Positions 49,484 through 59,756 of a DNA stretch of 64,000 nucleotides are shown here, one piece after another. The stretch lies in contig JBBDRK010000052.1 in NCBI GenBank assembly GCA_040905465.1, positions 1 through 64,000 on the forward strand, in the 5' to 3' direction. Positions within the stretch are counted from its first letter, which is position 1. Every line of letters starts with the position of its first letter. The DNA is from Trueperaceae bacterium. Its GTDB lineage: Bacteria > Deinococcota > Deinococci > Deinococcales > Trueperaceae. Made by a program: the position numbers and the translations under genes. The notes beneath the pieces were generated by a model, which was not told where the DNA came from, did not search any database, and worked only from the letters and a program-made list of their open reading frames with translations.

Positions 49484-50061
49484 GTGCGCGTCGACTCCAG
49501 GAAGTTGCGCAGCATGTCGTGCCCCGATTCGGTGAGGATGCTCTCCGGGTGGAACTGCACCCCCCAGACCGGGTAGATTTCGTGCCGCATGCCCATCACC
49601 ACGCGCTCACCGGCTTCCTCTACCCAGGCGTTCACCACCAGCTCCCCGGGAAGGTCACGAACTATCAGGGAGTGGTAGCGGGTGGCGGTGAGGGGCGTGG
49701 GCAGGTTGCGGAACACCCCGCTGCCGTCGTGGCTGACTGCGCTGGTCTTGCCGTGCATCACGTTGCCTGCCCGCACCACCGTGCCGCCGTAAGCCTCGGC
49801 TACCGCCTGGTGGCCCAGGCATACGCCCAGAATCGGCAATGCGTGCCCGAAACGGCGAATCAACTCGACCGAATGGCCGGCGTCCTTCGGCGTGCAGGGG
49901 CCGGGCGAAACCAGCACGGCGTCCGGCGCCAACCGCTCGATGTCGTCCAGCTCGAAGCGGTCGTTGCGCCAGACGATCACCTCGGTCTGCAGTTCACCGA
50001 GGTACTGCACCAGATTGAAGGTGAACGAATCGTAGTTGTCGATCATCAGGACGCGCTTCAT
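49480..50061 (-). CDS. trpG: Anthranilate synthase component II (glutamine amidotransferase)
   Basis: IDNYDSFTFNL, SPGP, GVCLGHQ, RYHSL, QFHPES. Confidence 0.95.
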   Translation of the reverse strand: MKRVLMIDNYDSFTFNLVQYLGELQTEVIVWRNDRFELDDIERLAPDAVLVSPGPCTPKDAGHSVELIRRFGHALPILGVCLGHQAVAEAYGGTVVRAGNVMHGKTSAVSHDGSGVFRNLPTPLTATRYHSLIVRDLPGELVVNAWVEEAGERVVMGMRHEIYPVWGVQFHPESILTESGHDMLRNFLESTRT

Positions 50062-50106
50062 GTCAGGTTCCTCGCTCCGGACCCGGCAGAACGTGCGGCG
50101 CCCATT

Positions 50107-51540
50107 TCAGCCCAACCCTTCGGTGGCCAGCTCGACCGCCTTGCGGAGCGCCGCCAGCTTGTTCAGCGACTCCTGGTATTCGAACTCCGGGTCTGAATCG
50201 GCCACCACGCCTCCGCCGGCCTGAAGGTGCACCCGGCCCTTCGCCACCACTACTGTGCGAAGCGTGAGCGCCATGTCCATCGCGCCGGTTGCCGAGAGGT
50301 AGCCGAACGCTCCGGCGTACGGCCCACGCCGTACCGGCTCCAGCTCGTCGATTATCTCCATCGCCCGGATCTTGGGCGCTCCCGAGGCGGTACCCATCGG
50401 CAGGGTGGCCGAGAGGGCGTCGAGGGGCGTGAACTCCGGCGCCAGCTCGCCGGTCACCGTAGAGACGATGTGCATGACATGGCTGTAGCGCTCGATCCCC
50501 ATCAGCTGGTCCACCTTGACAGTGCCGAACCGACACACGCGCCCGAGGTCGTTGCGACCGAGATCGACGAGCATCACGTGCTCGGCGCGCTCCTTGGCGT
50601 CGGCCAGCAGTTCCACGGCCAGCGCCGCGTCCTCTTCGGCGTCGGCACCCCGGCGTCGGGTACCGGCGATGGGCCGCGTTTCTACCTGCTTGCCGTCGCT
50701 TCGCACCAGGCTCTCGGGACTGGAAGCCACCAGCGTGACCGGTCCCAGGTCGAGATAGCCGAGGTAAGGGCTCGGGTTCACGGTGCGAAGCGCACGGTAG
50801 ATGGCGAACGGGTGGACCCCCAGGTCGGCCGACATTCGCTGACTCGGCACCACCTGGAACGCGTCGCCGGCGTGGATATAGGCGACGACCCGCTCGACAG
50901 CCGCCATGAAGCCTTCCTTGCTGAAGTTGCTGGTGAACTCGGTGAGTCGTCCGGCCCGGTCTCCCGGAACCCCAGGCAGCGGGCCGCGCAGGCGCTGGTA
51001 GGCGGCTTCCACCCGCTCGGCCGCTATCTCCTCGTCGGCGGCATTCCCCTCCTCCGCCGCCGCGACGATGAAGATCTTGCGACGCAGGTGGTCGAAGATC
51101 ACCATCACCTCGGGCTCGACGAAAAGGAGATCGGGTGTGCCCAACTCGTCGGGATTGGCGTCGGGAAGCCGCTCGTACTGCCGGATCAGGTCGTAGGCGG
51201 CGAAACCCACCGTACCTGTCCAGAAGGGCGGCAGTTCGGGGTGAGGCCCGACGTCGCGGACGGTGTTGTCCCAAAGAATACGGAGGGGATCATTCGTTTC
51301 CGTGCTCTCGCTGCCGCCCGGCCCGGTAACGGTGACCCGGGAGCCGCGAGCTTCGATCCGGCGCCGCTCGCCGCTGCCGATGAACGAGTAGCGAGCTACC
51401 CGTTCGCCCTGCTCGACGCTCTCGAGCAGGAACGACGGGTGGCCGGCAACTTTCAGGTAGGCGGTGAGCGGAGTCTCGAGGTCGGCCAGGACCTCGCGAT
51501 ACACGGGCTTGACCGTGATCTTGGGTGGCGCTGCGATCAT
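50107..51540 (-). CDS. trpE: Anthranilate synthase component I
   Basis: LLES, NPSPY, PIAGT, KERAEHVMLVDLGRND, SGAPKIRAM. Confidence 0.96.
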   Translation of the reverse strand: MIAAPPKITVKPVYREVLADLETPLTAYLKVAGHPSFLLESVEQGERVARYSFIGSGERRRIEARGSRVTVTGPGGSESTETNDPLRILWDNTVRDVGPHPELPPFWTGTVGFAAYDLIRQYERLPDANPDELGTPDLLFVEPEVMVIFDHLRRKIFIVAAAEEGNAADEEIAAERVEAAYQRLRGPLPGVPGDRAGRLTEFTSNFSKEGFMAAVERVVAYIHAGDAFQVVPSQRMSADLGVHPFAIYRALRTVNPSPYLGYLDLGPVTLVASSPESLVRSDGKQVETRPIAGTRRRGADAEEDAALAVELLADAKERAEHVMLVDLGRNDLGRVCRFGTVKVDQLMGIERYSHVMHIVSTVTGELAPEFTPLDALSATLPMGTASGAPKIRAMEIIDELEPVRRGPYAGAFGYLSATGAMDMALTLRTVVVAKGRVHLQAGGGVVADSDPEFEYQESLNKLAALRKAVELATEGLG

Positions 51541-51568
51541 CTGTTCCTCTATTCCGGAAGGCGTTGTT

Positions 51569-51655
51569 TCAGGTGGCGCCGTCAGGGCACCGATCGATAT
51601 CGGAAACGTTCCGCCATCGACCCAAAACGCCGGTCCAGGAAAATGGAGCAGTCAT
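51569..51655 (-). CDS. Candidate trp leader peptide (28 aa, two Trp)
   Basis: TATACT-6 nt-ATG; MTAPFSWTGVLGRWRNVSDIDRCPDGAT; ends 28 nt before trpE. Confidence 0.45.
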   Translation of the reverse strand: MTAPFSWTGVLGRWRNVSDIDRCPDGAT

Positions 51656-51751
51656 TGTTCGAGTATAACCGCGCAAGCGAGGTTCAGTCGTCGACTACGG
51701 GTCGCGCCCGAATATCGAGCCGGGCCCGGGCAATAGAAGCGGCAGCGCGCG

Positions 51752-52552
51752 CTAGCGGTCCGTTCCCTCGGGCAGGAACATGCCGATCGCATTGAAGCCG
51801 GCATCGACATAGATCGTCTCACCGGTGATTCCGCCGCCGAGTTGGTCGGAGATCAGGGCCAGGCCCAGCCCGCCGACCTCCTGCTGTTCGATGTTGCGCT
51901 TCAGCATCGACAGCCGGCCGGCTTCTCCGTACATGTCACCGAACCCGGAGATCGAACGGGCCGCGACGGTGCGCAGCGGACCGGCCGAGATCGCGTTGAC
52001 CCTTATGCCCTTGGGACCGAGTTCGAACGCCAGGTAGCGCATGCTCGCCTCGAGAGCGGCCTTGGCCACACCCATCATGTTGTAGTGCGGCACGACCCGT
52101 TCCGCGGCGAGGTAGGACATCGTCACGATGCTGCCGCCGTTTCGCATGAGAGGCGCGGCGCGCTGTGCGACCGATACCAGAGAATAGGCGCTCACGTCCA
52201 TGGCGGTCTGCCAGTCCTGACGCGCGGTCTGGTGGAACGGATTGGAGAAGGTCTCGGGCGGCGCGTAAGCCAGGGAGTGCACCACGAAGTCGAGTCCGCC
52301 CATCTCACGGTCCAGCGTGGCGAACAGCCGGTCGAGTTGATCGTCGTGCTGGACGTCGCACTCGGCGAGAAGCACATCCTTCTGACCGGCCGTGAGTTTC
52401 TCCAGGGCCGGCCGCAACCGCTCCGCCTGGTACGAATAGGCGAGGCGAGCCCCGGCCTGGGCCAGCGGTTCGGCGATAGCCCAGGCGACCGAGCGTTGAT
52501 TGGTCACGCCCAAGATCAGGCCGTTCTTTCCCTGCAGATCGATGGAATACAT
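51752..52552 (-). CDS. fabI: Enoyl-ACP reductase
   Basis: GVTNQRSVAWAIA, HSLAYA, SAYS, YNMMGVAKAALE, NAISAGPLRT. Confidence 0.96.
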   Translation of the reverse strand: MYSIDLQGKNGLILGVTNQRSVAWAIAEPLAQAGARLAYSYQAERLRPALEKLTAGQKDVLLAECDVQHDDQLDRLFATLDREMGGLDFVVHSLAYAPPETFSNPFHQTARQDWQTAMDVSAYSLVSVAQRAAPLMRNGGSIVTMSYLAAERVVPHYNMMGVAKAALEASMRYLAFELGPKGIRVNAISAGPLRTVAARSISGFGDMYGEAGRLSMLKRNIEQQEVGGLGLALISDQLGGGITGETIYVDAGFNAIGMFLPEGTDR

Positions 52553-52630
52553 GGCTTGCTCCTAAGGGTTGAAGTCGACGGCAGTCTACCGCAGCCTTCG
52601 CCGGCGACTCCGGGCCGCCGAGAACTGCGG

Positions 52631-53689
52631 CTAGCTTTCGGCCATCAGCGCCGCGAAGCGGCCGCGCGCTTTCTCGGCCTTGCCCGGCTCGCCGCGAGAT
52701 TCCCAGGTCCGCGCCAGACCGTTCCAGGCGGTCTCGCTGAACGGCTCGTGTTCGGTCATCGACTGGAAGTAGCGGGTGGCTGCCTCGAGGTCGCTCCGTT
52801 TCTGCGCCAGCTCGGCCGCGGCCTGAAGCAGCGACAGGTGCTCCGCGTGGAGTGCCTGTCGGGCCTCCTCGACCCAGGCCGAATCGAATCCGATGAGAAA
52901 GTGGCCTCCGTAGAGGCGCACGGCCTGCTCGAATCCGTCCGGCGAGGCCGAGTCCCGGGCCTTGCGGCCCGCGGCACGGTACTGGTCGACGTCGTAGTCG
53001 ATGCGGAACTCCCGTCGCAGGTAGTAGCGCCGGTTCGCCGACTCCACCAGCTCGCCGCCCATGACCTTGCGCAGCCGATAGAGCGTCGTATGGAACGAGC
53101 TCGAGGCCTTCGCTTCGGTCTTTCCCGGCCACAGCGCTTCCGCTACTTCGAAGGTAGTGACCCCGTTGCGATGCTCCAGCATGTAGAACAGCAGCTCGAG
53201 CGCCTTCAACGAGTCCCAGTCGAGACGCTTGCCGTTTCGCTCGATGAACGGGTGGCCCAGGCCGCGAGCGCGAACCGTACCCTCCAGCGGGTGACGAAGC
53301 TCCTCGATTCGCTGCAGGCGGATGCGAACGGCGTCCACCAGCTCCTGGCGTTCGAACGGCTTGGTGAGGTAGTCGTCGGCCCCGAGCGTCATCCCCTGGC
53401 GCACGTAGCTTCGGTCCTCCATCGCCGTCAGGAACAAAAACGGGATGGCGTGGAGCTCCGGGTAGGTGCGAACCCTCTTGTAGAACTCGAAACCGTCGAG
53501 ACCGGGCATAGAGACGTCGGAGACTATAACGTCGGGTCGCAGGCCCTCTTCCAGTTCAGCCGCCGCGTCACGAGGATCGTCGAACGACAGCACATTGAAG
53601 CCCGCGGCCACCAGAGTAAGCTCGATGAGCTTTAGGACCGCCGGATCATCGTCAACCACAAGGACGAGCGTGGCCGTCATACGAGTCAT
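52631..53689 (-). CDS. Response regulator (REC + SARP-type winged helix + BTAD-like)
   Basis: VVDDD, SDVSMPGLDG, FLTA, DYLTKPF; ALWP..FHTTLYRLR; EPFSE; start 53689 or 53680. Confidence 0.9.
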   Translation of the reverse strand: MTRMTATLVLVVDDDPAVLKLIELTLVAAGFNVLSFDDPRDAAAELEEGLRPDVIVSDVSMPGLDGFEFYKRVRTYPELHAIPFLFLTAMEDRSYVRQGMTLGADDYLTKPFERQELVDAVRIRLQRIEELRHPLEGTVRARGLGHPFIERNGKRLDWDSLKALELLFYMLEHRNGVTTFEVAEALWPGKTEAKASSSFHTTLYRLRKVMGGELVESANRRYYLRREFRIDYDVDQYRAAGRKARDSASPDGFEQAVRLYGGHFLIGFDSAWVEEARQALHAEHLSLLQAAAELAQKRSDLEAATRYFQSMTEHEPFSETAWNGLARTWESRGEPGKAEKARGRFAALMAES

Positions 53690-53741
53690 GCTAACGCGGC
53701 CCCGAACGCGTGAATATGAACTTCCCGTCCTGACGCTGCGC

Positions 53742-53936
53742 TCAGCTCCAGCTCTCGGTACGCTGGAATCGCACGAGCGCGCTGAACTCGAGCCCACCGC
53801 TCGCCAACTGGGTGGTGGCGAACTCGACGTCGACGATCAGGTCGCCTCGATCGAGCGAATCGACGAACGCGTTCATACGCTGCTCGAAGAGCTCGACCTC
53901 GTTCGCGGTCACGAGCTTGAAACGGACACTTTCCAT
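53742..53936 (-). CDS. Small hypothetical protein, Cse60/DUF2758-like pattern
   Basis: 64 aa with RBS AAGGGAG; FEQRMNAFV..L..IVDVEF..FSALV pattern. Confidence 0.65.
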   Translation of the reverse strand: MESVRFKLVTANEVELFEQRMNAFVDSLDRGDLIVDVEFATTQLASGGLEFSALVRFQRTESWS

Positions 53937-53975
53937 GTTGATCTCCCTTCGCGAACGAGACTCGGGCTCGTTCGG

Positions 53976-54797
53976 TCAGCGCCCTGCTGCCCGCTTCATC
54001 GCCGATGGATCGTCGGCAATGATACCGCTCGCTCCGAGGCTCACCAGCCGCCGAACCTCGTCGGCGTCGTTCACTGTCCAGGCGTTCACCAGCAGTTCCC
54101 GGGCCCCTGCCCGGGCGATCAGGCGCTCGTCGACCTGATCGAAGCGCGGATGCACCGCGTCGACATGCAGCCAGCCGGCCAGCATTCCGTTCTCGAGCAG
54201 GCCGGGCAGTCCCGGGGAGTACAACAGGGCGATGCGGAACTCCGGGGCGGCCAGACGCAGTCTCACGAGCGCCAATGGATCGAACGACGACACCAGCACT
54301 CGGTCGGTCAGGTCGTTAGCACGTACCTCCTCGGCCAGGCGGCGTTCGATTCCGCCGCCGCGCCGCCGGTACAGCTTCAGCTCCAGATTCAGGACGGTTC
54401 CCGGGTAGCTCTTGGCCAGTTCCAGCAGGTCGGCCAATCTGGCGATAGCGGGATCGATCTCCTGCAGCTCCGCCAGCGTGCTGCGCGTGATGGCCGCGTC
54501 GGCGAGGCGCTCGTCGTGAAACAGCACCAGCACGCCGTCACGGGTCTGCTGCACGTCGCACTCGACACCATCGAGGCCCGCCTCGAAGGCAGCCCGGAAC
54601 GCCTCGCGCGTGTTCTCCGGTGGCAGTGCGGCTGAGCCGGTGGACGGGCCGGTTGCACGGACGCCGCGATGGCCGAGCAGCCAGGGCTTCTGCCGGTCCA
54701 CGCCGGGAAGGGGTCGCGGGCGCCACAAGGCGGTACGCCAGGCCGTCACGACCAGAACAGCCAACAACAGGAACAACGGAACGGCAGAATCGCTCAC
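53976..54797 (-). CDS. Glycerophosphodiester phosphodiesterase
   Basis: N-terminal TM, GHRG, PENT..AF, ECDV..TRDG..HD, ELK, WTVN. Confidence 0.93.
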   Translation of the reverse strand: MSDSAVPLFLLLAVLVVTAWRTALWRPRPLPGVDRQKPWLLGHRGVRATGPSTGSAALPPENTREAFRAAFEAGLDGVECDVQQTRDGVLVLFHDERLADAAITRSTLAELQEIDPAIARLADLLELAKSYPGTVLNLELKLYRRRGGGIERRLAEEVRANDLTDRVLVSSFDPLALVRLRLAAPEFRIALLYSPGLPGLLENGMLAGWLHVDAVHPRFDQVDERLIARAGARELLVNAWTVNDADEVRRLVSLGASGIIADDPSAMKRAAGR

Positions 54798-54975
54798 GCG
54801 GCAGAGTATACCGTCCTGCCGCCGCGATCGCGGCTCAAACCAGAAGCCACTCGCTCGCGCTTGACGGGTCGGCAGCAGCCGGTGGAATAATGCCGGCCAT
54901 GAGGCGCGAACTCGAAGCAGGTCGACCCGGCTCAGCCGGTTGCGCGCGGGCGCGGAATTTCCCGATCGGTTCGGG

Positions 54976-55686
54976 ATGAGCGGAGCCCTGGTTACCGGCT
55001 CGGCCCGGGGTATCGGTCGCGCACTGGCGCTCGCCCTGGCCGAGGATGCTCACGACGTGGTGGTCCACTACCGCTCCAGCCGAGACGAAGCGGAGGTCGT
55101 CGCCGAGTTGGCGAAGGCGAGCGGGGTGCGCGCCTTCGTCGTGCAGGCCGACGTGAGCGACCCGGAGTCCGCCGCCGAGCTGGTGGACGAGGCCGAACGG
55201 CTGACAGGCGGACTGCGGGTGCTGGTCAACAACGTCGGTAACTATCACAACGGACCGCTCGATGAACTGGCTGTCGAAACCTGGCACGAGATGTTCGCCA
55301 GCAACCTGCACGCCACCTTCTATACGTGTCGCCGGGTGGTGCCGTTCATGCGGGCGGCCGGAGGCGGCAGAATAATCAATCTCGGTTACGCCGGTGCCGA
55401 ACAGCTGATCGCCAGACCCGGCATCGCCGCCTACGCCATCGCCAAGACCGGGGTGATCCTCTACAGCAAGTCGCTGGCGAAGGTGGAGGCGGTACACGGA
55501 ATAACGGTAAACGTCATCAGTCCCGGTGTAATGGAAAACAGCCTCGCCAAGCCGCGACGAGAGATACCGATGGACCGACTGGGGCGGCTCGACGAGCTGG
55601 TCGCGGCCGCGAGGTACCTGATCTCGGACGAGGCCGGCTATGTTACCGGAGTAACGCTGGAGGTGGCCGGCGGCTGGAACGTATAA
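54976..55686 (+). CDS. SDR oxidoreductase resembling the Thermus/Deinococcus dihydropteridine/dihydrofolate reductase (TmpR-like)
   Basis: TGSARGIG, NNVG.Y, NLGYAGA..L.AR, Y.IAKTGV, PGV.ENS, EVAGGWN. Confidence 0.8.
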   Translation: MSGALVTGSARGIGRALALALAEDAHDVVVHYRSSRDEAEVVAELAKASGVRAFVVQADVSDPESAAELVDEAERLTGGLRVLVNNVGNYHNGPLDELAVETWHEMFASNLHATFYTCRRVVPFMRAAGGGRIINLGYAGAEQLIARPGIAAYAIAKTGVILYSKSLAKVEAVHGITVNVISPGVMENSLAKPRREIPMDRLGRLDELVAAARYLISDEAGYVTGVTLEVAGGWNV

Positions 55687-55771
55687 CGACGGTCGGCGAT
55701 ACTCCCTCACGGCCGCGCCGACCGCGTTAAGCTGGGCCAATGAGATCGGCCCCACTACCGGTGGCTACCGC

Positions 55772-58309
55772 ATGAGCATGCAGGACGAACTGTTCCTGGC
55801 TGGGCAACCGGCACCGCGGAACGGAAACAAGATCGTCCTGATAGACGGTCACGCCCTGGCATTCCGCAGTTATTACGCGATCCGCGAGCTGACCACCTCG
55901 CGCGGTCGTTCGGTGAACGGCGTCTACGGGTTTCTGCGCTCGCTCCTGCGCATCCTGAACGAGGAGGGCGAGCACGACGCCACCGTCGTCACGTTCGATG
56001 CGCCCGCCAAGACGTTCCGCCACGAGCAGTACGAGGATTACAAGGCTGGCCGTGCCCCCATGCCTCACGATCTCCCCGAGCAGATCGAAACCATCAAGCG
56101 GATGGTCGACCTGTTGGGCCTCTACCGCATAGAGGTGGCCGGGCTGGAGGCCGACGACCTGATCGGCACCATCGCCAAGAGTTGCGAGGCCTCCGGCTAC
56201 ACGGTTGAGATCGTCACCAGCGACCGGGACGCCTATCAACTGGTGAGCGATCACGTGTGCGTGCGCGGCCTGGACAAGACGGACCGGTTCGGTCCCCGTG
56301 AGGTGCTGGAAAAGTACGGCGTCACCGTCGACCAGTGGACGGACTACCGGGCCTTGACCGGGGACAGCTCGGACAATATCCCCGGGGCCAAGGGCATCGG
56401 CCCGGTGGCTGCCCGAAACCTCCTGCAACGCTACGGCTCGCTCGACTACATCCTCGAAAATCTGGACGATATCGAGCCCGCCGGTGCAGCCAGGAAGATT
56501 AGCGATTCGCTGGCCAACGTTCGCTTCTCTCGGGAGCTCTCGTGCATAGTCACCAACGCCGAGATCTCCATCGAACCGGTCACATGGTCGCAACGGGAGA
56601 TGCAACGAGACGGCCTGCGCGAGCTGCTGGTGGAGCTCGAGTTCAACTCGCTGCAGCGCGAGCTCGGCCTGGAAGAGACTCCCGAGTACAGCACCGCCGA
56701 GTGGACCGGCGAGCTGCGAGGAGCGCTGGGCTTCGTGCTGTCGGGCGACAGCCCGATGCAGGCCGAGCTGACGGAACTGTCGGTTGCCCACGAGGGCACC
56801 GTCGCATCGGCTCCCGGCAGTGAGGCGGCGGCCGCCTATCTCGCGACGCTGGAGCGAGTCGACGCCTGTGACGCAAAAGCGCTGGTCGTATGGGCTCACG
56901 GCCGCGGCGTCGACATCGAGCCGGGGGACGATCCGCTGCTGATGGCATACGTGGTCGATCCCAACGTCGCTCAACCGGAAACGGCCGCCGGTCGCTACGG
57001 GGCCGGCGACTGGACCGGTTCGGCGGCGGACCGCGCGAGCGTGACGGCAGAACTGCTACGCACCTTGCCGGGCAAGCTGGCGGGCCCGCAGAAAGCGGTC
57101 TACGAGCAGATCGAACGTCCCGTCCAGAGAGTCCTCGCCAACATGGAGGCGCGCGGCGTGATCCTCGACAAGGGCCTCCTGGCCGCTCAGTCGGATCGGC
57201 TGGCGACCCAACTGGCCGAGATCGAAGGGCGCCTGCGCGGCATCGCCGAGGACGACGGCATGAACATCAACTCGCGCGATCAGGTCGCCGCCCTGCTCTA
57301 CGAGAAGCTCGGCCTGCAGGCCGGGCGCAAGACCTCTACCGGCAAACGCTCGACCGCCGTGGGCGTGCTCGAGGGCCTGCGCGATCAGCACGAGGCGGTA
57401 GGTCTCATCCTCGACTACCGGGAGCTGTCCAAACTCAAGAACACCTATCTCGATCCTCTGCCTCGCCTCGTGAACCCCGCCACCGGCAGGCTCCACACCA
57501 CCTACAAGCAGACGGTAGCGGTCACCGGCCGACTGTCGAGCATCAACCCCAATCTTCAGAACATCCCGGTGCGCAGCGAGCTCGGACGCCAGATCCGGCG
57601 GGCTTTCGTTGCGGCGCCGGGCCACAGACTCCTGGCCGCCGACTACTCGCAGATCGAGCTGCGGGTGCTCGCCCATGTCGCCGGCGAACAGGTGCTGATA
57701 GACGCGTTCCGCGAGGGCGAGGACATCCATCGTCGCACCGCCGCCCAGGTACACGAGGTGAGCGTCGAGGACGTCACGTCCGACATGCGGCGGGTGGCCA
57801 AGGTCATAAACTTCGGCGTTCTCTACGGCATGGGCGCGCACAGGCTGACAAGGGAGCTGGGCATCGACTACGCCCAGGCGGAAGCGTTCATCCGCACCTA
57901 CTTCGAGCGGTACCCCAAGGTGCGCAGTTACATCGACGGCACGCTCGAACTCTGCCGCCGGCAGGGTTACGTGGAGACGGTACTCGGCCGGCGCCGGCTG
58001 ATCCCCGACATCGCCGCCAGCAATCGGACCGCCCGCGAGTACGCCGAGCGCACCGCTTACAACATGCCGATCCAGGGCACCGCCGCCGACATCATGAAGC
58101 TCGCCATGGTGAACCTGGCGCCGGCGCTGGAGCCGCTTGGAGCGCACATGATCCTGCAGGTGCACGACGAGCTGATCATCGAGACGCCGGCCGAGGTGGC
58201 CAGCGAGGCGGCCGCGGTGGTGAAGGCGATCATGGAGTCGGCATATGCGCTCGACGTGCCGCTGCTGGTCGAGGTAGGTGAAGGTGACAACTGGCTCGAC
58301 GCCAAGTGA
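55772..58309 (+). CDS. polA: DNA polymerase I
   Basis: 5'-3' exonuclease (IDGH..AFR, YKAGR, EADD, GD.SDNIPG); DYSQIELR, KVINFGVLYG, QVHDE. Confidence 0.97.
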   Translation: MSMQDELFLAGQPAPRNGNKIVLIDGHALAFRSYYAIRELTTSRGRSVNGVYGFLRSLLRILNEEGEHDATVVTFDAPAKTFRHEQYEDYKAGRAPMPHDLPEQIETIKRMVDLLGLYRIEVAGLEADDLIGTIAKSCEASGYTVEIVTSDRDAYQLVSDHVCVRGLDKTDRFGPREVLEKYGVTVDQWTDYRALTGDSSDNIPGAKGIGPVAARNLLQRYGSLDYILENLDDIEPAGAARKISDSLANVRFSRELSCIVTNAEISIEPVTWSQREMQRDGLRELLVELEFNSLQRELGLEETPEYSTAEWTGELRGALGFVLSGDSPMQAELTELSVAHEGTVASAPGSEAAAAYLATLERVDACDAKALVVWAHGRGVDIEPGDDPLLMAYVVDPNVAQPETAAGRYGAGDWTGSAADRASVTAELLRTLPGKLAGPQKAVYEQIERPVQRVLANMEARGVILDKGLLAAQSDRLATQLAEIEGRLRGIAEDDGMNINSRDQVAALLYEKLGLQAGRKTSTGKRSTAVGVLEGLRDQHEAVGLILDYRELSKLKNTYLDPLPRLVNPATGRLHTTYKQTVAVTGRLSSINPNLQNIPVRSELGRQIRRAFVAAPGHRLLAADYSQIELRVLAHVAGEQVLIDAFREGEDIHRRTAAQVHEVSVEDVTSDMRRVAKVINFGVLYGMGAHRLTRELGIDYAQAEAFIRTYFERYPKVRSYIDGTLELCRRQGYVETVLGRRRLIPDIAASNRTAREYAERTAYNMPIQGTAADIMKLAMVNLAPALEPLGAHMILQVHDELIIETPAEVASEAAAVVKAIMESAYALDVPLLVEVGEGDNWLDAK

Positions 58310-58351
58310 GCGCTCGCCGTCGGGCGTCTTGACGAGGGTAGAATGTCGGCC

Positions 58352-59701
58352 ATGACGACCCGACGCTACTTCGGCACCGATGGGATTCGCGGTGTTGCCG
58401 GTGAACATCCGATGACAGCAACGTTCGCCTACCGCCTTGGGGTCGCGGCGGCCGAGACACTCAAGCGCGCCGGCGTGGCGAAGCCCCGCCTGACGATCGG
58501 CATGGACACCAGGCGTTCGGGCCCGATGCTGGCCCACGCGCTGGTTGCCGGGCTGACCGCCCGTGGCGCGGACGCCCTGTGGCTGGGAGTCATGCCGACA
58601 CCCGGCGTTTCGCACCTGACTCACGCCCTGGCCGCCGACGCCGGGGCCGTTGTCAGCGCCTCGCACAATCCCTATCGCGACAACGGCATCAAGTTCTTCA
58701 ACCGGGACGGCGAGAAACTCTCCGACGAACTGGAGGCCGGCATCGAGGCGGTCCTGGCGGAGGACATCGACGCCCTGGTTCCGGTTACGGGCGAAGAGAT
58801 CGGGCGCTCGAGCCGCTACCGCCGGGACGACGGCGACTACGGCCGCTTCCTGCTCTCGCACGCGCCCTATCTCGACGGCATGAAAGTAGGGCTGGACTGC
58901 GCGAACGGCGCCGCGTACGACATCGCGCCTCGCGTGTTCACCCAGATCGGCGCTCGTCTCGATGTCATCAACGCCGCTCCCGACGGTCAGAACATCAACG
59001 TCGGCTGCGGCTCGACCGAACCCGGTGCCCTGCAGGAGCGGGTACGAAGCCACGGGCTCGACGTGGGCGTGGCGTTCGACGGCGACGCCGACAGGGCGAT
59101 GCTGGTGGACAAACGCGGCCGGCTCGTTACCGGCGACCAGGTGCTGGCCATCTGCGCGGTAGTGCGGGGAGAGAAGGAGGTAGTTGCTACCACCATGACC
59201 AACCTGGGCGTGGAGCGCTACCTGGAAGGCCGGGGGATCGTCCTTCACCGGGAGCAGGTGGGTGACCGCTACGTCTTCGAGGGATTGAAGAGGCGTAGCC
59301 TCACGGTCGGCGGCGAGCAGTCCGGGCACATGCTCTTCCTGGACAAGGCGCCGACCGGTGACGGCATTCTCACCGCCCTTCAGATGCTGGCCGCGGTGAG
59401 AAAGTCGCGCCGCTCGCTGGAGAGCTGGATGGACGAGATCCCTGTCTTCCCGCAGACGATACGCAACGTTCCCGTCCCGGTGGCGCAAAAGAACACCGTG
59501 GGTACGTCACCGTCCGTCCAGCGCGCGGTACGTGACGCCGAGGCGAAGCTCGCCGGCAACGGTCGTATCAACGTCCGGCCGAGCGGCACCGAGCCGTTGG
59601 TGCGAATAATGGTGGAGGGCCCGACCGTCGAAGAGATCTCCGCCGTGGCCGAAATCGTAGCCGGCGAGATCGAAGCCGCGTTGACCGGCCAGCCGTCGTG
59701 A
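58352..59701 (+). CDS. glmM: Phosphoglucosamine mutase
   Basis: YFGTDGIRG, SASHNP..DNGIK, DGDADR, VGDRYV, GGEQSGH, RPSGTEP. Confidence 0.96.
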   Translation: MTTRRYFGTDGIRGVAGEHPMTATFAYRLGVAAAETLKRAGVAKPRLTIGMDTRRSGPMLAHALVAGLTARGADALWLGVMPTPGVSHLTHALAADAGAVVSASHNPYRDNGIKFFNRDGEKLSDELEAGIEAVLAEDIDALVPVTGEEIGRSSRYRRDDGDYGRFLLSHAPYLDGMKVGLDCANGAAYDIAPRVFTQIGARLDVINAAPDGQNINVGCGSTEPGALQERVRSHGLDVGVAFDGDADRAMLVDKRGRLVTGDQVLAICAVVRGEKEVVATTMTNLGVERYLEGRGIVLHREQVGDRYVFEGLKRRSLTVGGEQSGHMLFLDKAPTGDGILTALQMLAAVRKSRRSLESWMDEIPVFPQTIRNVPVPVAQKNTVGTSPSVQRAVRDAEAKLAGNGRINVRPSGTEPLVRIMVEGPTVEEISAVAEIVAGEIEAALTGQPS

Positions 59702-59756
59702 GCGCTCCTCGTCGAACTCGCGGCGCCGACGGCTGGAGAGGGCCGGGAGGTAGAGA

